DNA of 64,000 nucleotides from Porphyrobacter sp. (GTDB lineage: Bacteria; Pseudomonadota; Alphaproteobacteria; Sphingomonadales; Sphingomonadaceae): the NCBI GenBank assembly GCA_041639595.1, contig JBEQBX010000001.1, positions 39,629-103,628 of the forward strand, given 5' to 3'. The notes beneath the pieces were generated by a model that made no database searches, was not told where the DNA came from, and worked only from the letters and a program-made list of their open reading frames with translations. Below are positions 59,057 to 64,000 of the stretch, piece after piece. The stretch's first letter is position 1, and each line of letters opens with the position of its first letter. The position numbers and the translations under genes are program-made.

Positions 59057-59836
59057 TTACTGGGCTGCGGCGACGCCGCCATCCCCTTCGGACGTGACCC
59101 CTTGATCTTTCAGCAGCTTGTCGACATCGACCACTGCATCGACCCCCATCAAGCCGGCCATCTGGCGCGCGCGGCTGCGCAGGCTTTCGGGCTGCTTTTC
59201 ATCCTTCGCGATGTCGGCGAAAATCTTCCCCGCCGCAGCGCGGTTGCCGCCTTCAAGATGCGCCATCGCCACCAGTTCTCCGGCGGAACCGAAATAGGCG
59301 CTGTCCGGTTTGGCAAGGTCACCCAGCTGCGCGATCACGTCGGCCGGTTTCATGCGGTCGAAATTGGTGCTGACTTCGCGGATGCGGGCCAGATCGAGCA
59401 GCGCGGGCGGCGCGTCGGCATCGGCGGCGATCGCCTTGTAAAGCCCGGTCGCCTTGGCGGTATCACCCGCCTCCAGCGCGGCAGCTGCCTGAATGAAGCG
59501 AGCCGCAGCGCGCGCACCGGCAGAACTGCCATCTGCCAGCAGCGGGGCAACCTTTTGCGATGCAGCTGCAAAATCGCGCCCGTCGGCTGAATCAAGCGCG
59601 GCAATCAGCGTTTCGGACTGCTGTTCCAGATCCTGTTCGGCGTAGTGATCCCAGATCAGGTACCCGCCCAGCCCGGCAAGACCCAGCGTGATGGCGCCCA
59701 GCAGCTTCACCCCATGGTCGCGCAGGAACGTGAGCGCCGCATCTTCGCGAACCGCTTCGTCGATTTCGCGGATCAGCACGTCGTCCTCGCGTGAGGTGGT
59801 GGGGGCCGCAGGAGTGGTGATCGGAGTGCGCGCCAT
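59057..59836 (-). CDS. YfgM-like TPR membrane-anchored protein
   Basis: REIDEAVRED, single TM segment, Ala-rich TPR-like helices; synteny with bamB. Confidence 0.8.
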   Translation of the reverse strand: MARTPITTPAAPTTSREDDVLIREIDEAVREDAALTFLRDHGVKLLGAITLGLAGLGGYLIWDHYAEQDLEQQSETLIAALDSADGRDFAAASQKVAPLLADGSSAGARAAARFIQAAAALEAGDTAKATGLYKAIAADADAPPALLDLARIREVSTNFDRMKPADVIAQLGDLAKPDSAYFGSAGELVAMAHLEGGNRAAAGKIFADIAKDEKQPESLRSRARQMAGLMGVDAVVDVDKLLKDQGVTSEGDGGVAAAQ

Positions 59837-59970
59837 GTCGGGCCAGGTATCCTCGTTTCTATGATCCGCGCGCTCTTTAGGCAGGTGCGGCGGCACGCGC
59901 AATGGCGGCTGCAATGACCGGCAGGTATCGGACGGCGGGGTTGAACGCGGGATGAAGCACGAGCGGCGAT

Positions 59971-61113
59971 CTAGAACGGGCGGCCCATCGCCGCTGCATA
60001 GACCGCCTCGTAAGCGGCCAGCATGGCGGCGAAATCGAACTCTGCCCGCGCGCGCGCCTGATTGGCTTGGCCAAGCCGCGTGCGCAGCGCCGGATCGGCG
60101 GCCAATGCAGAAAGCGCCTCACCCAGCGCGCCCACATCGCCCACCGGGGCGATCAGCGTGCCGTTTTCATCGCCAAGGATGTGCCGGATATCACCGACAT
60201 CGGGTGCGGCCACCGGCAATCCCGCCGCCATCGCTTCCACCACTGACAGCGGGAATTGTTCGGACGCGGATGACAGCGCGAAGATATCGAACAGGCCGAC
60301 CACCTTGGCCGGATCGACATTGCCGGGCAGGTGGACCCGCGCCGTGCATCCCGCTGCCTCGGCTGCGGCAATAATCGCGCCGCGTTCCGGCCCTTCGCCG
60401 CAGATCACAAGGTGCCATTCGGGCGGCAGGCTTGCGAAGGCCGCGACCAGATCGGGCAATCGCTTGACCGCGCGAAGGCCCGCCAGCGTGCCGACCCAAT
60501 ACACGCCTTGTGGCTTGGCGATCGGCAGCGCATCTGCGCGCGGCGGCGCGGAAAAGGCGGCGGTGTCGATCCCGTTGGCGATCCGTTTGATGCGGGCGGC
60601 GGGCTGGTCCCACACGTCCAGCGCAATCCGTTCCAGCCCCGTCGAAGGCACGATCACCCGCGCCGCCCGGCCCAGCGCAGCACGGCGATACAGGTTGCGG
60701 ACCGGTTTCAGGCTCTCGGCCTCGTCCTCGTTGAAGCCGTCTTCGTGGTGGACCAGCGGGGGCAGGCGATAGGCATCGGCAAACAGCCGGTGCGCCATCA
60801 CCACATCCATCGCCCCCCAATTATACGTGCAGATCAGATCATATCCCTGCATGGCCTTGGCCAGTGCCGCCATCCGCCCGGGCGTGGGGCGCCCCACCAA
60901 TGACGGGAAGGTGGCAGGATATTCCACCTGCACGTGCGTGCCGACCAGCGCGGCAGCGGCCAGCGCGCCAGGCTCACCCGAAATGATGGTGTGGTGCAGG
61001 CGCGGCCCCCATGCATTCATCAGCCGGGCGCAGCGTACTTCCTTCCCGCCCGCCGAAAAGGTGGAGTGACAGTGAAGGATGCAGGGCACCTCGTCGCCCC
61101 CCGCTTGGCTCAC
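59971..61113 (-). CDS. Glycosyltransferase family 4
   Basis: ILHCHSTFSAGGKE, TYNWG, HHEDGF, NGID, LRAVK, SEQFPLSVVEAMAAGLPV..DVG; GTGA overlap with the hydrolase stop. Confidence 0.88.
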   Translation of the reverse strand: MSQAGGDEVPCILHCHSTFSAGGKEVRCARLMNAWGPRLHHTIISGEPGALAAAALVGTHVQVEYPATFPSLVGRPTPGRMAALAKAMQGYDLICTYNWGAMDVVMAHRLFADAYRLPPLVHHEDGFNEDEAESLKPVRNLYRRAALGRAARVIVPSTGLERIALDVWDQPAARIKRIANGIDTAAFSAPPRADALPIAKPQGVYWVGTLAGLRAVKRLPDLVAAFASLPPEWHLVICGEGPERGAIIAAAEAAGCTARVHLPGNVDPAKVVGLFDIFALSSASEQFPLSVVEAMAAGLPVAAPDVGDIRHILGDENGTLIAPVGDVGALGEALSALAADPALRTRLGQANQARARAEFDFAAMLAAYEAVYAAAMGRPF

Positions 61114-61979
61114 TCCGCGCTGTCCAGCAGGGCAAGGATCGCGGCGCGCACCTCGGCCTCGTCCAGCGTCGGGGCATGGCCGACGCGCGGCACGGTGATG
61201 GTGCGCATCGCGGGGTTGCGCTGGCCCATTTGTGCAACAGTATCTTCGCTCAACAGATCGGACAGCCCGCCGCGCACCAGCAGCATCGGCACGCCCGCCA
61301 GCGCATCGAACGCAGGCCACAGGTTCGCCGGCGCGGCGTTGCCGGGTTTCGCGAAAGGTTCGGCAATCGCCATGTCGTAATCGAAGCTGATTCGCCCGTT
61401 CTGCGTCACCACCATCGTGCGCTTCGCCATTTCGAGCCACTGGTCGAGATCGAAATCCGGGAAAGCCGCGCCATGCGCCTCGGCCAGCCCGCGGGCAGCG
61501 TGGACCCAGGTGGGATAACTGCGCCCCTGCCCGACATAGCCTGAAATGCGCGACAGCCCCGCAGGATCGACCACCGGGCCGATATCGTTCATCACCACCG
61601 CTGTCATGCGGCCGGGGTTTGCGGCGGCCATCAGCATGGTCATCAACCCGCCCATCGACGTGCCGACCACGGCAAAGCGGGTGATGCCTTCTTCGGCCAG
61701 CAGTTTTTCCACGTCCTGTACGTAGGTGACGGGCGAATAGGTGTCCGAATCCGGCGCATAATCGCTCAGCCCCCGGCCGCGCATTTCGGGCACGATCACA
61801 CGGCGGCTGGCGGCCAGCACTTCGGCCAGCGCGGCAAAATCGCGGGCGTTGCGCGTCAGGCCATGCATGCACAGCACCGGCAGCTTGGCAGCAGTTTCAT
61901 CCGGTCCGGCATAATTGCGGTAATGCAGGTTAAGTCCGTCGCTGCTGGTCCAGTAGCGATCTTCGTATGTGGCAGCCAT
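61110..61979 (-). CDS. Alpha/beta fold hydrolase
   Basis: HGLTRNARDF, RGRGLS, GTSMGG nucleophile elbow, NDIGP, VGHAP. Confidence 0.9.
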   Translation of the reverse strand: MAATYEDRYWTSSDGLNLHYRNYAGPDETAAKLPVLCMHGLTRNARDFAALAEVLAASRRVIVPEMRGRGLSDYAPDSDTYSPVTYVQDVEKLLAEEGITRFAVVGTSMGGLMTMLMAAANPGRMTAVVMNDIGPVVDPAGLSRISGYVGQGRSYPTWVHAARGLAEAHGAAFPDFDLDQWLEMAKRTMVVTQNGRISFDYDMAIAEPFAKPGNAAPANLWPAFDALAGVPMLLVRGGLSDLLSEDTVAQMGQRNPAMRTITVPRVGHAPTLDEAEVRAAILALLDSAE

Positions 61980-62052
61980 TGGCGGCGGTATTCCCTTTGA
62001 TGCTTGGGCCGGAATGCTTGCGCGCAGGCCTCCTTGCCCCCACTATCGCGGG

Positions 62053-63465
62053 ATGAGCGAGCCTGTGCAACACTCCGATTTATCTGCCCCCTATTGCGGT
62101 GATCCTGCGATCCTGCCGCTGGCCGGCTGGTTGGGCGATCCGGTGGCTGCGGCGGACTTTCCCGAAACGCGGCTGCGTTGGCGCAATGACCGCGCGGCGG
62201 CCAGCATCGGGCTGGCGGGCCTGACGGATGCGGAATGGACGGCGCATTTCGGGCGCTTTGTCCCCTTGTCCGGCAACCTCCCCCAGCCGCTGGCGCTGCG
62301 GTATCACGGGCACCAGTTCCGCGTTTACAACCCCGAAATCGGCGACGGACGCGGGTTCCTGTTTGCCCAGATGCGCGGGGCAGATGGCCGCTTGCTGGAC
62401 CTTGGCACAAAGGGTTCGGGCCAGACGCCGTGGAGCCGGGCGGGCGATGGCCGGTTGACGCTGAAAGGCGCAGTGCGGGAAATTCTGGCGACAGAAATGC
62501 TGGAGGCATTGGGCGTCAACACGTCGAAAACCTTCAGCGTGATCGAAACCGGCGAAAGCCTGTGGCGCGGGGATGAACCCAGCCCGACGCGCTCTGCCGT
62601 GCTGGTGCGCCTGTCGCATTCGCACATCCGCATCGGCACATTCCAGCGCCTGCTCGCGCTGGAGCAGGCGGATGAAATGGCGGCGTTGATCGATTACTGC
62701 CTTACCCTGTTCCCCGGCCCGCCCCCGCCCGCCGATGCGCCGGGCCGCGATGAACCGGCGATCCGGCTGATGCATAATGTCGTGGAACGCATGGCCGATC
62801 TGGCCGCCAGCTACATGGTGGCAGGCTTCGTTCACGGGGTGCTCAACACCGATAACATGAACGTAACGGGCGAAAGTTTCGATTACGGCCCTTGGCGCTG
62901 GCTGCCCGAATGGGAGCCGGGCTTCACCGCCGCCTATTTCGACCATGCCGGGCTCTACGCCTTTGGCCGCCAGCCCGAGGCGCTGCACTGGAATTGCGGG
63001 CAGCTGGCAGTCGCCCTGCGCCTCCACGCCGACACCGCGCCGCTGGTTGCCGCGCTGGAACGGTTCGGACCGCTTTACATGGAGGCGGTTGCGCGGCGCT
63101 GGTGCTGGCGGCTGGGCGTTGTGCCGCAGGGGATCGAGGCTGACACGCAGCTGGTCGCCGCGTGTGAAGCTGCCATGACCGATGATCACGCCCAGCCCGA
63201 TGCCTTCTTCTTCGGCCATCGCGGCGGGCGCGGCGCGGCAACCGGCGCCTTGGGAGCGGCGCTGGCTGCCTACCAACCTGTCCCCGACACGCACGCCTAC
63301 TGGGCCGACGAAAGCCCGCAATCCATGCTGATCGATGAGGTGGAGGCAATCTGGACCGCCATTGCCGAAGGCGATGACTGGGCCCCGCTCAACGCCAAAG
63401 TCGCCGCGTTGCGGCGCATGGGCGAGGCTCACGGACCTGCGCCGCACCCTTGTGGTCATGCGTAA
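62053..63465 (+). CDS. selO: Protein adenylyltransferase SelO (YdiU family)
   Basis: YHGHQF..GDGRG, KGSGQTPWSRAGDGR, HIRIGTFQ, GFVHGVLNTDNM, DYGP. Confidence 0.92.
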   Translation: MSEPVQHSDLSAPYCGDPAILPLAGWLGDPVAAADFPETRLRWRNDRAAASIGLAGLTDAEWTAHFGRFVPLSGNLPQPLALRYHGHQFRVYNPEIGDGRGFLFAQMRGADGRLLDLGTKGSGQTPWSRAGDGRLTLKGAVREILATEMLEALGVNTSKTFSVIETGESLWRGDEPSPTRSAVLVRLSHSHIRIGTFQRLLALEQADEMAALIDYCLTLFPGPPPPADAPGRDEPAIRLMHNVVERMADLAASYMVAGFVHGVLNTDNMNVTGESFDYGPWRWLPEWEPGFTAAYFDHAGLYAFGRQPEALHWNCGQLAVALRLHADTAPLVAALERFGPLYMEAVARRWCWRLGVVPQGIEADTQLVAACEAAMTDDHAQPDAFFFGHRGGRGAATGALGAALAAYQPVPDTHAYWADESPQSMLIDEVEAIWTAIAEGDDWAPLNAKVAALRRMGEAHGPAPHPCGHA

Positions 63466-63555
63466 CCGGGCACCCCCTATCTTTTCATTCCTGATCACTA
63501 TAAGTGGCGATCCTTTAAATCGTGGGCAGCCCCAATCAGGCAAGATTGCGATAGC

Positions 63556-64000
63556 GTGACCGATAACATCCTCATTTCGTACGAACCGGCAAGCGGTGAG
63601 GAATTGTGGCGTGGGCCGCTGACCAATGTTGATGCGGCGGTTTCTGCCGCGCGCCGCGCCTGGGCGCCGTGGGCCGCCCAGCCGCTTACCACCCGCATCG
63701 GCATCATGCGCGACTTCGCCAATAGCGTTCGCCGCGATGCGGACACCTTTGCCGATCTGATCGCCCGCGAAACTGGCAAGCCCCTGTGGGAAGCCCGCAA
63801 TGAAATCGACGCGGTGGTGAACAAGGTCGATATTTCGGTGCAGGCCTATGCCGAACGCACCGGCAAGAAGAAATTCGACGCCGGGATCGGGGGAAGCGCG
63901 GCGCTGCGCCACAAACCGCACGGGGTGATGGCGGTGATCGGCCCGTTCAACTTCCCTGCGCACCTGCCCAATGGCCACATCGTGCCCGCGCTGATCGCGG
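63556..64000 (+). CDS. astD: Succinylglutamate-semialdehyde dehydrogenase (5' part; runs off the window's right edge)
   Basis: Manual translation: VTDNILISYEPASGEELW..ETGKPLWEA..KVDISVQAYAERTG..HKPHGVMAVIGPFNFPAHLPNGHIVPALIA. Confidence 0.85.
   Translation, partial: MTDNILISYEPASGEELWRGPLTNVDAAVSAARRAWAPWAAQPLTTRIGIMRDFANSVRRDADTFADLIARETGKPLWEARNEIDAVVNKVDISVQAYAERTGKKKFDAGIGGSAALRHKPHGVMAVIGPFNFPAHLPNGHIVPALIA

Noticed and set aside
59971-61872. 633-aa version of the glycosyltransferase ORF
   Set aside because: The extra N-terminal region overlaps the alpha/beta hydrolase in another frame; the GT domain starts near 61113.

Overview
High-GC alphaproteobacterial chromosome segment; gene content and order suggest Sphingomonadales (Erythrobacter/Porphyrobacter-like). 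It is mostly core genome: hrpB (partial), ispB, chorismate mutase, a FeuN/FeuP/FeuQ-like two-component operon, two ABC-F genes (uup-like, ettA), yajC-secD-secF, aroQ-accB-accC, ndh, class I lysS, a DinG-family helicase, sixA, ubiA, rsmE, gshA, yfgM-bamB, selO, astD (partial) and three tRNAs (Pro-GGG, CAT/Ile2, Pro-TGG). Accessory blocks follow the tRNAs: a molybdo-enzyme cassette (xdhC, mocA, iorB/iorA-like, TonB receptor) and two orphan secreted proteins. I saw no integrase, transposase, CRISPR array or phage structural genes. The most interesting signal is a possible dispersed gene-transfer-agent (GTA) control circuit. A stand-alone GafZ-like activator (DUF6456, the GafA C-terminal domain) sits head-to-head with an XRE/CI-like repressor whose S24-like domain looks catalytically dead. 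An orphan GTA-type 3TM holin 13 kb away has an upstream region sharing two motifs (TTTCCTAC and AACC-N5-GGTY) with that switch region. All calls come from reading the sequence by eye, without database searches.
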